This document shows, piece after piece, positions 38,110-48,993 of a stretch of DNA of 64,000 bases. Position numbers and translations under genes: made by a program. The notes beneath the pieces were generated by a model. It saw only the letters and a program-made list of their open reading frames with translations. It was not told the DNA's origin and ran no database searches. The stretch spans positions 140 to 64,139 of the forward strand of contig JAULVY010000089.1 of NCBI GenBank assembly GCA_032110825.1, read 5' to 3'. Source of the stretch: Chitinophagaceae bacterium (GTDB lineage: Bacteria > Bacteroidota > Bacteroidia > Chitinophagales > Chitinophagaceae). The first letter of the stretch is position 1. Each line of letters opens with the position of its first letter.

Positions 38110-39396
38110 ATGAACCTGATAGAAGAACTGAAATGGAGGGGGATGCTCCAGGATATCATGCCTGGAACCGAAGATCAGCTTAAAAAAGAGCCTACTACTG
38201 CCTATATCGGCTTTGATCCAACGGCAGATAGCCTCCATATTGGGAGTTTGGTACCAATTCTTTTGCTGTATCATTTGCAGCAAGCGGGACATAAACCCAT
38301 TGCCCTGATTGGTGGAGCAACCGGTATGGTTGGCGACCCCAGCGGTAAGAGTGAAGAAAGAAATCTTTTGGATGAAGAAACGTTACAGAAGAATATCGCC
38401 GGAGTTAAAAAACAACTCGAAAGATACTTGGATTTCAGTGAGACCAGGACCAATCGTGCTGAATTAGTCAACAACTACGACTGGTTCAAGAGTCTTGGCT
38501 TTATTGAGTTTTTGAGAGATGTTGGCAAGCACATTACAGTCAATTATATGATGTCGAAAGACAGTGTGCGCAAGCGCATCGAAGGTGAAACCGGAATCAG
38601 TTATACCGAATTTGCATATCAATTGATGCAGGGCTACGACTTTTATTGGCTTTACCAAAACAAAAAATGTAAACTCCAAATGGGAGGAAGCGACCAATGG
38701 GGAAATATTACAACGGGAACAGAACTTGTTAGAAGAAAAGCTGGTGGGGAAGCATTTGCATTTACCTGTCCCTTGATTACAAAAACCGATGGAGGAAAAT
38801 TTGGAAAAACCGAGAAGGGCAATGTATGGCTGGATTCTGAAAAGACATCTCCGTTTCAATTCTATCAATTTTGGTTAAATGCCGCTGATGCGGATGCTGA
38901 AAAATGGATAAAAATTTTTACGCTACTCCCCAAGCAAGAAATTGAATCACTCATTGAAGAACACCAGAAAACTCCCGAATTTCGCATACTTCAAAAAAAG
39001 CTTGCAGAATCTGTTACTGAATTTGTACACGGAATTGAAGAGGCTAAAACAGCTATTCAAACCTCTGAAAAGTTATTTGGAGGCAAAGAGGAGTTGAATT
39101 TGTCTGAATTAAATGAAGCTGATTTGCTTATGGCGATGGATGGAGTACCTGTGCATGAAATTGAAAAAGATGCATTGGAAACAGGGATGGATCTTGTGAC
39201 TTTCTTGTTTCAAACAGGCATTTTTCCAAGTAAAGGAGAAGCCAGAAAGATGGTTATGGGAGGAGGAATTAGCATCAACCGACAAAAATGGAGCGATCCA
39301 CTTCAGCTTATCCAAAATCAAGATTTATTAATCGGAACATATATCGTTGTTCAAAAAGGTAAGAAAAATCACTACCTCGTCAAACTCAAAAGCTAG
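38110..39396 (+). CDS. tyrS: Tyrosine--tRNA ligase
   Basis: GFDPTADSLHIG (HIGH), QMGGSDQWGNI and KFGKT (KMSKS) motifs; start MNLIEEL at 38110. Confidence 0.98.
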   Translation: MNLIEELKWRGMLQDIMPGTEDQLKKEPTTAYIGFDPTADSLHIGSLVPILLLYHLQQAGHKPIALIGGATGMVGDPSGKSEERNLLDEETLQKNIAGVKKQLERYLDFSETRTNRAELVNNYDWFKSLGFIEFLRDVGKHITVNYMMSKDSVRKRIEGETGISYTEFAYQLMQGYDFYWLYQNKKCKLQMGGSDQWGNITTGTELVRRKAGGEAFAFTCPLITKTDGGKFGKTEKGNVWLDSEKTSPFQFYQFWLNAADADAEKWIKIFTLLPKQEIESLIEEHQKTPEFRILQKKLAESVTEFVHGIEEAKTAIQTSEKLFGGKEELNLSELNEADLLMAMDGVPVHEIEKDALETGMDLVTFLFQTGIFPSKGEARKMVMGGGISINRQKWSDPLQLIQNQDLLIGTYIVVQKGKKNHYLVKLKS

Positions 39397-39440
39397 CTAT
39401 CAGGTAATTGGATTTTTTTTGCGCAAAAACTGAAATTGCA

Positions 39441-39448
39441 TACTTTTG
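39441..39448 (+). promoter_or_regulatory. -7 element (TACTTTTG) for tRNA-Gln
   Basis: Exact TAnnTTTG 15 nt before the tRNA, with a TTTG upstream. Confidence 0.7.
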
Positions 39449-39463
39449 CACTCCCTATAAGGC

Positions 39464-39534
39464 TGCCCGATAGTATAATGGTAGTACGACAGATTTTGGT
39501 TCTGTTTGTCTTGGTTCGAATCCAGGTCGGGCAA
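39464..39534 (+). tRNA. tRNA-Gln(TTG)
   Basis: TGCCCGATAGTATAATGGTAGTACGACAGATTTTGGTTCTGTTTGTCTTGGTTCGAATCCAGGTCGGGCAA. Confidence 0.96.
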
Positions 39535-39535
39535 C

Positions 39536-39570
39536 AAAAAAGTGATTGATTACAATCACTTTTTTTATTT
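39536..39570. terminator. Bidirectional terminator
   Basis: AAAAAAGTGATTG-ATTA-CAATCACTTTTTT. Confidence 0.88.
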
Positions 39571-39578
39571 AACATTTC

Positions 39579-40301
39579 TTATTCTGTAAACTTACCAGAC
39601 TTCTTCAAATACCTCACCACAATATACCCTACCGCAAGAAAAGGCAATACAATGGTTAGTAACTGATTGCGGTGTTCACTATCACTTTGCACAATTTGAG
39701 GATATTCAAAAAGCAACAAAAGAGCAATACCTGTTAACCATACAAACTGAGTATTGTATTCTTTCAAAACCCAGCGCCTCCAATTGAATTTCATTGAAGA
39801 AAATGTAGTTGAAAGTCCACGCAAGGAAGGAACCCATCGGTTTACAGTCGCGCAATACTCATCAAACTTCAATCCAAATTTACTGCGCAAAAAGTTTTCT
39901 TCTGCCAATACAATCGCCTGATAAATAAAAAGAAAAAGTGGCATAACAATTAAAACATAATATGCCGAATTAGACAAAATCCCTACACCCAATAACATCA
40001 AAATATTTCCAACATAAAGCGGGTTTCTGCAATGCGCAAAAATACCCGTAGACACCAAGTCTTCAGCATACACTTTTTTATCCTTTCCGCCTCTAACAAT
40101 ATAAGCCAACCCAATGGTTGCACCACGTACAGCCTGGCCCAATACGGTTATCAATAAGCCACCATAGAGAGGAAAATACCAATAATGCTCGCCTAATGCT
40201 TTTTCTGTAAACAACTCTGGGGATGGGAAAAAAAGTAATGCGTACAGAAAGATGAACAAGGTGTTTCTGTAGCGGAAAAAGAAATTACCAATTTCGATCA
40301 T
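39579..40301 (-). CDS. Isoprenylcysteine carboxyl methyltransferase (ICMT/PEMT) family membrane protein
   Basis: LVSTGIFAHCRNPLYVGN and EENFL motifs; TM helices. Confidence 0.85.
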   Translation of the reverse strand: MIEIGNFFFRYRNTLFIFLYALLFFPSPELFTEKALGEHYWYFPLYGGLLITVLGQAVRGATIGLAYIVRGGKDKKVYAEDLVSTGIFAHCRNPLYVGNILMLLGVGILSNSAYYVLIVMPLFLFIYQAIVLAEENFLRSKFGLKFDEYCATVNRWVPSLRGLSTTFSSMKFNWRRWVLKEYNTQFVWLTGIALLLLFEYPQIVQSDSEHRNQLLTIVLPFLAVGYIVVRYLKKSGKFTE

Positions 40302-41026
40302 GATTGCTTTTTTGCGATGAAGCCTGAAAAATTATACCATTTAAAAAACACTTCAACCGTTCTGAAACCAACTTCTTTTAGCAACGTAATATTTTCGCTG
40401 AGCTTGTAAGGAATCAACACATTCTCCAATGCCTCCCTTTTTTGGGAAATCTCCAACTCGCTGTATTGATTTCTACGTTTGAAGTTGTAATAGTATTTAA
40501 TAAAATCACGATTGAAATCTGACTCCTCAGCTAAAATTTTTTCAATTATAATTAAAACTCCTCCTGGCAGAAGCTGCTCCTGTATAGACCTGAGCAACCG
40601 CTCTCTTGCAATGGGTCGAATGAACTGAAGGGTTAAACACAAAATAACAACGGAAGCGCCTTTCAATGAAACGTGACCAGAATTTAAATCAGCAACTTCC
40701 AAATCAAACGGTCTTTTCATTCCATGCTCTTCCAATTTGGATTTACATTTCTCCAACATGGGAGCTGAATCATCAATTCCAACAAACTTAATATGTTGAG
40801 GCACGGTTTGATCCATCATCAGCATGGTAGCGCCCGTTGAACAACCTAAATCATATATGATGCCGGCTTCACCACAATGATCAGCAGCCAATTCAGACAT
40901 CATGCGTTGCATCTCAACATAAAAAGGTACTGAACGTGTAACCATATCGTCGAATACACCGGCAACTTTATTGTTGAATGAAAAGTCGTATGCTTGCTTA
41001 AACGGTTCGTCGAATATTTTATCCAT
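40298..41026 (-). CDS. cmoA: Carboxy-S-adenosyl-L-methionine synthase
   Basis: FSFNNKVAGVFDDMVTRSVPFY, DLGCSTG, TLQFIR and QKREALENVL are CmoA-typical segments. Confidence 0.85.
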   Translation of the reverse strand: MDKIFDEPFKQAYDFSFNNKVAGVFDDMVTRSVPFYVEMQRMMSELAADHCGEAGIIYDLGCSTGATMLMMDQTVPQHIKFVGIDDSAPMLEKCKSKLEEHGMKRPFDLEVADLNSGHVSLKGASVVILCLTLQFIRPIARERLLRSIQEQLLPGGVLIIIEKILAEESDFNRDFIKYYYNFKRRNQYSELEISQKREALENVLIPYKLSENITLLKEVGFRTVEVFFKWYNFSGFIAKKQS

Positions 41027-41049
41027 TGCTCTACATATTTGTTCTACTG

Positions 41050-42219
41050 TTATGAAGATTTTTTAAGTGCTTGGGTGATTTCCTCTAAAATATCTTCGGG
41101 GTGCTCTAGTCCCACGGAGAGTCTTATCAATCCCGGAGTAATTCCAACCGACTGTCTTTCTTCTTCAGAAAGTTTTGAATGGGTAGTACTAGCAGGATGA
41201 GAAGCAATGGTTCTGGAATCACCCAAGTTATTGGTCATGGACAGCCACTCCAAATTATTTAAAAATTTTCTGCCGCCTTCTAAACCCGACTTCAATTCAA
41301 AAGTAAGGATGCCTCCTCCATTCTTCATTTGCTGCTTAGCCACTTGATATCGAGGGTGAGAAGGAAGAAATGGATACTTCACTTTACTCAATGCAGGGTT
41401 ACCCTCCAATGCCTGTGCTATGAACAAGGCATTTTCGGCGTGTTTATCCATACGCACAAATAAGGTTTCTACACTCTTGGATAAAACCCATGCATTAAAT
41501 GGACTCAGCGAAGGGCCTGTGTTGCGAATAAACAGATACATCTGCTTGATCAATTCTTTTTTACCAACCACAACGCCTCCCAACACACGACCTTGTCCAT
41601 CAATGAATTTGGTTGCTGAATGCAAAACAAGATCGGCTCCAAAATGAATCGGTGTTTGTACTGCGGGTGTAGCAAAACAATTATCGACCAATAAAATAAT
41701 GTTATGCTTTTTGCAAATAGTAGAGACCAGTTTCAAATCAATGATGTCTAAACCGGGATTGGATGGTGTTTCCAAATAGAGCATCTTGGTATTGGGTTTA
41801 ATCAAACCTTCAATGGTTTCAGGTTGATTCATATCAAAATAAGAACTCTCTATTCCCCATTTTGGCAGATACTTAGTCAAGATAGTATGCGTTGAACCAA
41901 ATACAGCAGATGCAGAAAGAATATGATCTCCTGCTGAAAGGAAGGTCATGAATGAAGCATAAACAGCCGACATTCCAGTTGCGGTTGCAACTCCATCCTC
42001 AGCACCTTCCAGTAAGCATATTTTTTGAATGAACTCATCAACCGATGGATTGGAAAATCGGGTATATATGTTTACATCAAGATCATCATTTGAGAAAGCT
42101 TCAGCCATGTCTTCGGCACTGTCGTAGACAAAGCTGCTGGTCAGGAACAAAGGTGTAGAATGCTCCTTTTCACCAGTTCTCGGTGTTTGTGTTCGTATGG
42201 CTAAAGTTTCAGGACGCAT
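41050..42219 (-). CDS. metZ: O-succinylhomoserine sulfhydrylase (trans-sulfuration PLP enzyme)
   Basis: YTRFSNP, TGMSAV, ETPSNP, HSATKFIDGQGR (PLP Lys) and NLGDSRT; likely start MRPETL at 42219. Confidence 0.85.
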   Translation of the reverse strand: MRPETLAIRTQTPRTGEKEHSTPLFLTSSFVYDSAEDMAEAFSNDDLDVNIYTRFSNPSVDEFIQKICLLEGAEDGVATATGMSAVYASFMTFLSAGDHILSASAVFGSTHTILTKYLPKWGIESSYFDMNQPETIEGLIKPNTKMLYLETPSNPGLDIIDLKLVSTICKKHNIILLVDNCFATPAVQTPIHFGADLVLHSATKFIDGQGRVLGGVVVGKKELIKQMYLFIRNTGPSLSPFNAWVLSKSVETLFVRMDKHAENALFIAQALEGNPALSKVKYPFLPSHPRYQVAKQQMKNGGGILTFELKSGLEGGRKFLNNLEWLSMTNNLGDSRTIASHPASTTHSKLSEEERQSVGITPGLIRLSVGLEHPEDILEEITQALKKSS

Positions 42220-42229
42220 GATGACGTAT

Positions 42230-42673
42230 TTAAGATTGGGGTTCAACTTTTTCTCCATTCAGAAAAACACGATACTCAATTGCTGCACCTCCAGCTCTTA
42301 ATGTTTCTGCAACGGAACAATATTTTTGAATAGAAAGATCAACGGCTCGATACGCTTTTGAAGGCTCGATTTGTCCAGTCAACTTAAAATCAACCTGAAC
42401 ATGCTTCCACAAAGCTGGCTCTTTTCCGCTTTCACGTTCTCCATCCACTTCAATTTCCAGTGATAGTAGATCCTGCTTTTGCTTTTTCAAAATAGCGATC
42501 ACATCTACAGCGCTGCATCCCGTTAATGCTGCCAACAGGGTTTGCATTGGCCTAAAACCAGAACCCTCTCCACCCTGCTCAACAGGAATATCCATTCGCA
42601 TGGTATGGCCAGATGCATCTGTAATATCCATGCCGTATTTCCCATCCGCTAATATTGCTTTAATTAGTGCCAT
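42230..42673 (-). CDS. OsmC/YhfA-family protein
   Basis: GFRPMQ...GCSAVDV and KYCSV two-Cys pattern; start MALIKA at 42673. Confidence 0.88.
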   Translation of the reverse strand: MALIKAILADGKYGMDITDASGHTMRMDIPVEQGGEGSGFRPMQTLLAALTGCSAVDVIAILKKQKQDLLSLEIEVDGERESGKEPALWKHVQVDFKLTGQIEPSKAYRAVDLSIQKYCSVAETLRAGGAAIEYRVFLNGEKVEPQS

Positions 42674-42753
42674 ATTGAATAAAATGCAAATATAAGCTAA
42701 CCTCCACAAAGGCCGGGAGTAGCCAAAGTCGGCAATCTTAATTAAATTTGTGC

Positions 42754-43008
42754 ATGTCAAATGAAACCGCCATTATACTTCAAGAAAAAATAGCTGAGCT
42801 CCAGGCCGTTTTACGGACATTAAACACAGAAAAAATTCAATTGCATTCCGAAATTGATCTATTAAAAAAAGAAAAAGACATCTTACTGAAAGCGTTAGAA
42901 GATCTCACCCAAATGGAATCTACCATTCATGAATTGAAAGCTCGAAATGTAGAGCTAGAAAGCCAATTGCAGGCGATGCTCAAAGCAGTGGAACACTTAG
43001 AAAAATAA
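42754..43008 (+). CDS. Small coiled-coil protein (ZapB-like appearance, function unknown)
   Basis: Continuous heptad L/E/K pattern over about 84 aa. Confidence 0.55.
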   Translation: MSNETAIILQEKIAELQAVLRTLNTEKIQLHSEIDLLKKEKDILLKALEDLTQMESTIHELKARNVELESQLQAMLKAVEHLEK

Positions 43009-43010
43009 GG

Positions 43011-43871
43011 CTATTTATTTTTCATACCCTGGATGCAAGCAGAAAGACTTTCTTTCCAGTTAGCTACCACATATTCAAAATCTTGAGTCAATTTTTTCTT
43101 ATCCATAACACTATAGGCTGGTCTTTTAGCCGGTGTAGGATAGGATGAGGTAGGGATTGGTTTTACCGTACACTTGCTATTGACCTGTGCCTTAATTTCT
43201 ACAGCAAAATCATACCAGGAAATTACACCTGCATTGGAAAAATTATAAATACCCGAATGCCATGTTGGATAGGAAATGGCGTACATGATGAATTTTGCCA
43301 AATCGGCTGCCCAAGTTGGACTTCCAATTTGATCGTTGACAACTGAAATTTCTGGTCGCTCATTCATCAGTCGCAACATCGTCTTCACAAAATTATTACC
43401 GTAAGTCGAATACACCCAGGATGTACGGATTACCAAGGCATCAGGAGCAAATTTCAATGCTTGCAACTCCCCCTCAAGCTTGGATTGTCCATATACGGAA
43501 ACAGGACCTGTAACATCGTTTTCGGTATAGGGTTTATCCCCCGTTCCCGGATAAACATAATCAGTAGAAACATGAATAAACTTACACCCATGTGCGTGAG
43601 ATACAGCAGCCAATATGCCAACGGATTCCGCATTGATCAAATAGGCCATTTCTTTTTCTTGCTCGGCTTTATCTACCGCCGTGTATGCAGCACAATTGAT
43701 GCAATAGTCTGGCTTAACGGTAGCGAAGATATTTCGGACTAACTCAAAATGATGTATGGGCAGATCTTCCCTGGAAAAGAAATGAAATTCATAATTAGGG
43801 AATGAATGGGACAAATCTCGAATCTCCTTCCCCAATTGTCCGTTTGCACCCGTGATTAAAATTTTCTTCAT
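43011..43871 (-). CDS. rfbD: dTDP-4-dehydrorhamnose reductase
   Basis: GANGQLG, AAYTAVDKAE, STDYVY and YGQSK motifs. Confidence 0.96.
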   Translation of the reverse strand: MKKILITGANGQLGKEIRDLSHSFPNYEFHFFSREDLPIHHFELVRNIFATVKPDYCINCAAYTAVDKAEQEKEMAYLINAESVGILAAVSHAHGCKFIHVSTDYVYPGTGDKPYTENDVTGPVSVYGQSKLEGELQALKFAPDALVIRTSWVYSTYGNNFVKTMLRLMNERPEISVVNDQIGSPTWAADLAKFIMYAISYPTWHSGIYNFSNAGVISWYDFAVEIKAQVNSKCTVKPIPTSSYPTPAKRPAYSVMDKKKLTQDFEYVVANWKESLSACIQGMKNK

Positions 43872-43878
43872 GATTCAA

Positions 43879-44427
43879 TTAAAAATTGAAACTCATTTCA
43901 TTGAATCTAGGCAAAATCAGATCTTTCTCAGAAACAATTTGATTTGCTTCAGGAATTTTCCAATCAATGGATAAATCCGAATCATTGTAAACGATGCCGG
44001 ATTCAGCCGACTTATTGTAAAGCGCATCACATTTATACATCACATCTGCCGATTCACTCAAAACAGAAAAACCATGTGCGAAACCTTTTGGTACTAGCAA
44101 CTGCAGTTTATTCTCCTCTGAGATTTCAAGCGCAAAAGATTTACCAAAAGTCGGCAACCCTTTACGTAAATCTACCACCACATCCAAGATGCTCCCTTGT
44201 AAAACACGAATTAATTTGGTTTGTGCATGTGGAGCATTTTGAAAATGCAAACCTCTGATTACACCGTATTTGGAATGCGATTGATTATCTTGAACCCATT
44301 CGAAGTGCAATGCAGCATTCAAATGCGTTTGCTTATTGTAGCTTTCAAAAAAATAGCCGCGATCATCAGCAAATACCGAGGGAGTAAGAATGATTAACCC
44401 TTCAAATCCTGTTTGTTCTATTTTCAT
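43879..44427 (-). CDS. rfbC: dTDP-4-dehydrorhamnose 3,5-epimerase
   Basis: DDRGYFFE, RGLHFQ and VPKGFAHGF motifs. Confidence 0.97.
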   Translation of the reverse strand: MKIEQTGFEGLIILTPSVFADDRGYFFESYNKQTHLNAALHFEWVQDNQSHSKYGVIRGLHFQNAPHAQTKLIRVLQGSILDVVVDLRKGLPTFGKSFALEISEENKLQLLVPKGFAHGFSVLSESADVMYKCDALYNKSAESGIVYNDSDLSIDWKIPEANQIVSEKDLILPRFNEMSFNF

Positions 44428-44429
44428 GT

Positions 44430-45482
44430 TTAGCGACTCACGTATTGATTTTGATAGAATTGTTGATACGCTCCAGAAGTTACATTTTTAATCCATTGCT
44501 CATTAGCTAAGTACCAATCAACTGTTTTTTCTAGTCCTTCTTCAAATTGCAAAGAAGGTTTCCAGCCCAACTCATCGTTCAGTTTAGTTGCGTCAATTGC
44601 GTAGCGCTTATCATGTCCCGCCCTGTCTTTTACAAAGGTGATCAATTTAGAACTGTCACCTTCACTGCGGTTTAATTTTTGATCCATGATCTTACAGAGC
44701 AAATGAACAATATCTAGATTTTTCCATTCGTTAAACCCTCCAATATTGTAGGTTTCACCCAATCTCCCTTTATGGAAAATAACATCTATAGCGCGGGCAT
44801 GGTCCTCAACCCAAAGCCAATCACGTACATTATCGCCTTTGCCATAAACCGGAAGTGGCTTCGAATGAACAATATTATTGATCATGAGAGGCAATAGTTT
44901 TTCAGGAAACTGATGAGAACCGTAATTATTGGAACAATTTGAAATCACAACCGGCAAATTATAAGTATGATGATAGGCACTTACCAGATGATCAGAAGAA
45001 GCTTTTGAGGCAGAATAAGGCGACCGTGGATCATAAGGGGTCTCTTCCGTAAAAAATCCAGTCTCCCCCAATGAGCCATACACTTCATCGGTTGACACAT
45101 GATAAAACAATTTACTCTCTTTTTCTTTCCAGTTTTGCTTGGCTGCGTTGAGCAATACAGCCGTGCCGATCACATTGGTTTTTACAAAAGACAAGGGGTC
45201 CATGATCGAACGATCCACGTGACTTTCGGCTGCCAAATGAATTACAGCATCTACATTTTCGTTTGCAAATAAATCATTGATGAATACCTCGTCTGTGATA
45301 TCTCCTTTTATAAACCGATAATTGGGATGATCTTCAACATCCCGTAAATTTTCTAAGTTCCCCGCATAGGTTAATGCATCCAGATTTATAATTTCATAAT
45401 CTGAATAGGTATTTAAAAACAAGCGAACCACATGCGAGCCAATAAATCCGGCACCTCCGGTAATTACTATTTTTTTTCTCAT
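44430..45482 (-). CDS. rfbB: dTDP-glucose 4,6-dehydratase
   Basis: GGAGFIG, AAESHVDRS, STDEVYG and YSASK motifs. Confidence 0.97.
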   Translation of the reverse strand: MRKKIVITGGAGFIGSHVVRLFLNTYSDYEIINLDALTYAGNLENLRDVEDHPNYRFIKGDITDEVFINDLFANENVDAVIHLAAESHVDRSIMDPLSFVKTNVIGTAVLLNAAKQNWKEKESKLFYHVSTDEVYGSLGETGFFTEETPYDPRSPYSASKASSDHLVSAYHHTYNLPVVISNCSNNYGSHQFPEKLLPLMINNIVHSKPLPVYGKGDNVRDWLWVEDHARAIDVIFHKGRLGETYNIGGFNEWKNLDIVHLLCKIMDQKLNRSEGDSSKLITFVKDRAGHDKRYAIDATKLNDELGWKPSLQFEEGLEKTVDWYLANEQWIKNVTSGAYQQFYQNQYVSR

Positions 45483-45485
45483 GTT

Positions 45486-46466
45486 TTAATTTGAAGTGAA
45501 TTCCTTTGGTTGTTTTGTCAACTCCTCTTGGGGTAGCGACTTAAAATACTCGTAGGTCTTTTTTAACCCTTCTTCGCGAGAAACTTTAGGCTCCCAATTT
45601 AAAATCGATTTGGCTTTGGTGATATCGGGTCGTCTTTGCTTGGGATCATCAACCGGTAGAGGCTTGAAAATAATTTTAGATTGAGCCCCAGTAAGCTTGA
45701 GGATTTCTTCGGCAAATTCCAACAACGAAATTTCAACAGGATTTCCGATATTAACAGGATTAGCATAATCGCTCATTAACAATCTATAAATTCCTTCAAC
45801 CAGATCATCTACGTAACAAAATGAACGGGTTTGTGATCCATTTCCAAAAACGGTCAGATCTTCTCCCCTCAAAGCTTGTCCAATGAAAGCTGGAAGAGCT
45901 CTGCCATCGTTTAAACGCATTCTAGGCCCGTAAGTATTAAAAATTCGAACAATGCGTGTTTCAACGTGATGATAGGTGTGATACGCCATGGTGATAGACT
46001 CCATGAACCGCTTGGCTTCATCGTAAACACCGCGTGGACCAACCGGATTCACATTGCCCCAATATTCTTCTGTTTGAGGATGAACTTGAGGATCACCATA
46101 TACTTCCGAAGTTGATGCCACCAGAATTCTAGATCCTTTTGATTTTGCAAGTCCCAAACAGTTGTGCGTTCCCAAGGCACCTACCTTGAGTGTTTGAATT
46201 GGAATTTTAAGATAATCGATTGGACTTGCCGGTGATGCAAAATGAAGGATATAGTCCAGCGGACCTGGAACATGAATGAATTTGGTTACATCATGGTGGT
46301 AAAACTCAAATGACTTGAGTTTAAAGAGATGCTCTATATTCTTAAGATCACCAGTTATCAAATTATCCATCCCCACCACATCAAATCCTTCTCGAATAAA
46401 ACGGTCGCAGAGATGAGACCCTAAGAAACCGGCAGCACCGGTAATAAGTACTCGTTTGTTAGACAT
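45486..46466 (-). CDS. UDP-glucuronate decarboxylase (UDP-xylose synthase)
   Basis: [21 protein letters not shown] and [10 protein letters not shown] motifs. Confidence 0.92.
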   Translation of the reverse strand: MSNKRVLITGAAGFLGSHLCDRFIREGFDVVGMDNLITGDLKNIEHLFKLKSFEFYHHDVTKFIHVPGPLDYILHFASPASPIDYLKIPIQTLKVGALGTHNCLGLAKSKGSRILVASTSEVYGDPQVHPQTEEYWGNVNPVGPRGVYDEAKRFMESITMAYHTYHHVETRIVRIFNTYGPRMRLNDGRALPAFIGQALRGEDLTVFGNGSQTRSFCYVDDLVEGIYRLLMSDYANPVNIGNPVEISLLEFAEEILKLTGAQSKIIFKPLPVDDPKQRRPDITKAKSILNWEPKVSREEGLKKTYEYFKSLPQEELTKQPKEFTSN

Positions 46467-46471
46467 GATAA

Positions 46472-47782
46472 TTAATTTACAATATGTCTTCCTACACTTT
46501 CATAATGGAAGCCTAATTCACGAATGCTATCAACATCAAAAAGATTTCTTCCATCAAAAATGACCTTGTGTTTCAAATTCTTCACAATCTTCAGAAAATC
46601 GGGAGTCCTGAATTCATTCCACTCCGTAGCAATCACCAAAGCATCTGCCCCAGACAATGTATCGTATTGATTTTCGGAATAGTTAATTTTTGAGCCCAAA
46701 AGAGCTTTCACATTGGGCATGGCTTCTGGATCGAATGCTGTAACAGTTGCTCCTTCAGCTATCAATGCATCGATCATGTACAAGGCTGGTGCCTCGCGGA
46801 TATCGTCTGTATTGGGTTTAAAAGCAAGTCCCCACAACGCAAAATGTTTTCCCTTGAGATCTCCTTTGAAATAGTTTTTGATCTTTGGTATCAGATGAAG
46901 TTTTTGTTTTTCATTGACATCCATTACCGCATTCAATATTTTAAAATCGTAGGCAACTTCATTTGAGCTCTTCACCAACGCTTGAACATCTTTAGGAAAG
47001 CAGCTTCCACCATATCCAATGCCGGGAAATAAAAACCGTTTTCCGATGCGTGCATCGCTTCCAATTCCTAAACGAACCATGTCAACATCTGCTCCAAGTT
47101 TTTCACAGAGTTGTGCGATCTCATTCATGAATGAAATCTTTGTCGCCAAGAAAGAATTCGCTGCATATTTGGTTAACTCTGCCGAGCGAAGATCCATGTA
47201 GATAAGTGGATTTCCGGAGCGAACAAACGGCGCATAGAGTTCTGCCATCCACTTTTTAGCTCGCTCAGATGAAGTTCCTATCACCACACGATCGGGTTTC
47301 ATAAAATCTTCTACTGCAACACCTTCACGCAAAAACTCTGGATTGGAAACCACATCAAATTCCACAGAAGCATTCTCAGCCATGGCGGTATGAACACGTT
47401 CTGCTGTTCCAACCGGAACGGTACTCTTGTCCACCACTACTACATAGTCGGTTATGAGCTTACCTAAATCCTTGGCTACACCCAATACGTATTTGAGATC
47501 TGCAGAACCATCTTCTCCCGGAGGCGTTGGTAAGGCAAGGAATAAAATTTTAGCTCCCTCAATACCCGACTTCAAATCGGATGTAAACTTTAAACGCTCT
47601 TCGCGCAAGTTTCGCAAGAATATTTTTTCTAGTCCCGGTTCGTAAATCGTGATTTGCCCGGAGCTCAGTTTCTCTACTTTAGATTTATCGATATCAATAC
47701 AGGTAACTTCATTGCCAGTTTCTGCAAAGCAAGTCCCTGTTACCAATCCCACATAACCAGTTCCAATAACGGCGATTTTCAT
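46472..47782 (-). CDS. ugd: UDP-glucose 6-dehydrogenase
   Basis: [22 protein letters not shown] and [10 protein letters not shown] motifs. Confidence 0.96.
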   Translation of the reverse strand: MKIAVIGTGYVGLVTGTCFAETGNEVTCIDIDKSKVEKLSSGQITIYEPGLEKIFLRNLREERLKFTSDLKSGIEGAKILFLALPTPPGEDGSADLKYVLGVAKDLGKLITDYVVVVDKSTVPVGTAERVHTAMAENASVEFDVVSNPEFLREGVAVEDFMKPDRVVIGTSSERAKKWMAELYAPFVRSGNPLIYMDLRSAELTKYAANSFLATKISFMNEIAQLCEKLGADVDMVRLGIGSDARIGKRFLFPGIGYGGSCFPKDVQALVKSSNEVAYDFKILNAVMDVNEKQKLHLIPKIKNYFKGDLKGKHFALWGLAFKPNTDDIREAPALYMIDALIAEGATVTAFDPEAMPNVKALLGSKINYSENQYDTLSGADALVIATEWNEFRTPDFLKIVKNLKHKVIFDGRNLFDVDSIRELGFHYESVGRHIVN

Positions 47783-47787
47783 ATTGT

Positions 47788-48915
47788 TTATTTTACAAAT
47801 TCATTTACATGGTGTGTAATATACTCCATTTGGTCTCTATCCATTTCGGTGTGGATGGGCAGAGATACTACCCGTTGCGTTAACCAATCGGTGACAGGCA
47901 GGTCAAATTCGGATAGACCCAAAAATGAAAACATTTTCTGTCTATGTGCAGGCACCGGGTAGTAAATCATGGCAGGGATTTGTTTGGAAGCTACGTATTC
48001 AACAAGCTCATCCCTATTGGTATCTTCAAGCACCATCGTGTATTGATGAAATACATGTGTATTTCCTTGTGCAATGGAAGGAGTAATAATTTTAGAATTG
48101 GATGCAAATGAGTTGTTGTAAAACTGCGCTACTGAGTTGCGTTTTTGGTTGTATACATCCAACTGCTTTAGCTTGATATTTAAAACGGCAGCTTGAATGG
48201 TATCTAGTCTGGAGTTGCACCCTACCACATCATGATAGTAACGCTTACTCTGACCGTGATTGGCAATCATGCTCATTTTGTGTGCCAATTCATCATCGTT
48301 GGTCGTGATAGCTCCGCCATCGCCATAACATCCTAAATTTTTTGAAGGGAAAAACGATGTACAGCCTATATGTCCAATGCCTCCTGTTTTTATTACTCCT
48401 TGTGTATGCAAATCAATTGTTGCTCCTATGGCTTGAGCATTGTCTTCTACAACAAATAAATTGAACTCTTTGGCAATTTCCATGATTTCATTCATGGGCG
48501 CAGATTGACCATACAAATGAACAGGGACGATAGCCTTGGTCTGGGGGGTGATTGCTTTTCGAATGGAGGCTGGATCAATACAAAACGTAATTGGATCCAC
48601 ATCTACAAACACAGGCTTGAGTTTTAGCAAGGTAATTACCTCTGTTGTAGCGATGTACGTAAATGAGGGTGTAATGATTTCATCACCTGGCTTCAGATCT
48701 AAGGACATCAATGCAATTTGCAATGCATCGGTGCCGTTTGCGCAGGGGATAACATGCTTTACGCCTAGGTATGAAGCTAAATTTTCTGCAAATGCGTTGA
48801 CTGCTTTTCCATTAATGAAAGCAGCGTTGTTCAGGACATCGGAAATGGCTTCGTCTACCTCATTTTTGATATGGAGGTATTGCCGTTTTAAATCCACCAT
48901 TTGTATTGGAACCAT
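47788..48915 (-). CDS. DegT/DnrJ/EryC1/StrS sugar aminotransferase
   Basis: ANGTDAL, EDNAQA and SFFPSKNLGCYGDGG (PLP Lys) motifs. Confidence 0.93.
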   Translation of the reverse strand: MVPIQMVDLKRQYLHIKNEVDEAISDVLNNAAFINGKAVNAFAENLASYLGVKHVIPCANGTDALQIALMSLDLKPGDEIITPSFTYIATTEVITLLKLKPVFVDVDPITFCIDPASIRKAITPQTKAIVPVHLYGQSAPMNEIMEIAKEFNLFVVEDNAQAIGATIDLHTQGVIKTGGIGHIGCTSFFPSKNLGCYGDGGAITTNDDELAHKMSMIANHGQSKRYYHDVVGCNSRLDTIQAAVLNIKLKQLDVYNQKRNSVAQFYNNSFASNSKIITPSIAQGNTHVFHQYTMVLEDTNRDELVEYVASKQIPAMIYYPVPAHRQKMFSFLGLSEFDLPVTDWLTQRVVSLPIHTEMDRDQMEYITHHVNEFVK

Positions 48916-48993
48916 CTACTAGATTTGTGCCGCGAAGTTAATAAAATTGGGGGTGATAACCGAAGAAGGTCGTAGCTTTACCCGTCCTGATTT

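Noticed and set aside
43011-45482. rfbB-rfbC-rfbD without rfbA
   Set aside because: rfbA is often encoded elsewhere; nothing here suggests a novel pathway.
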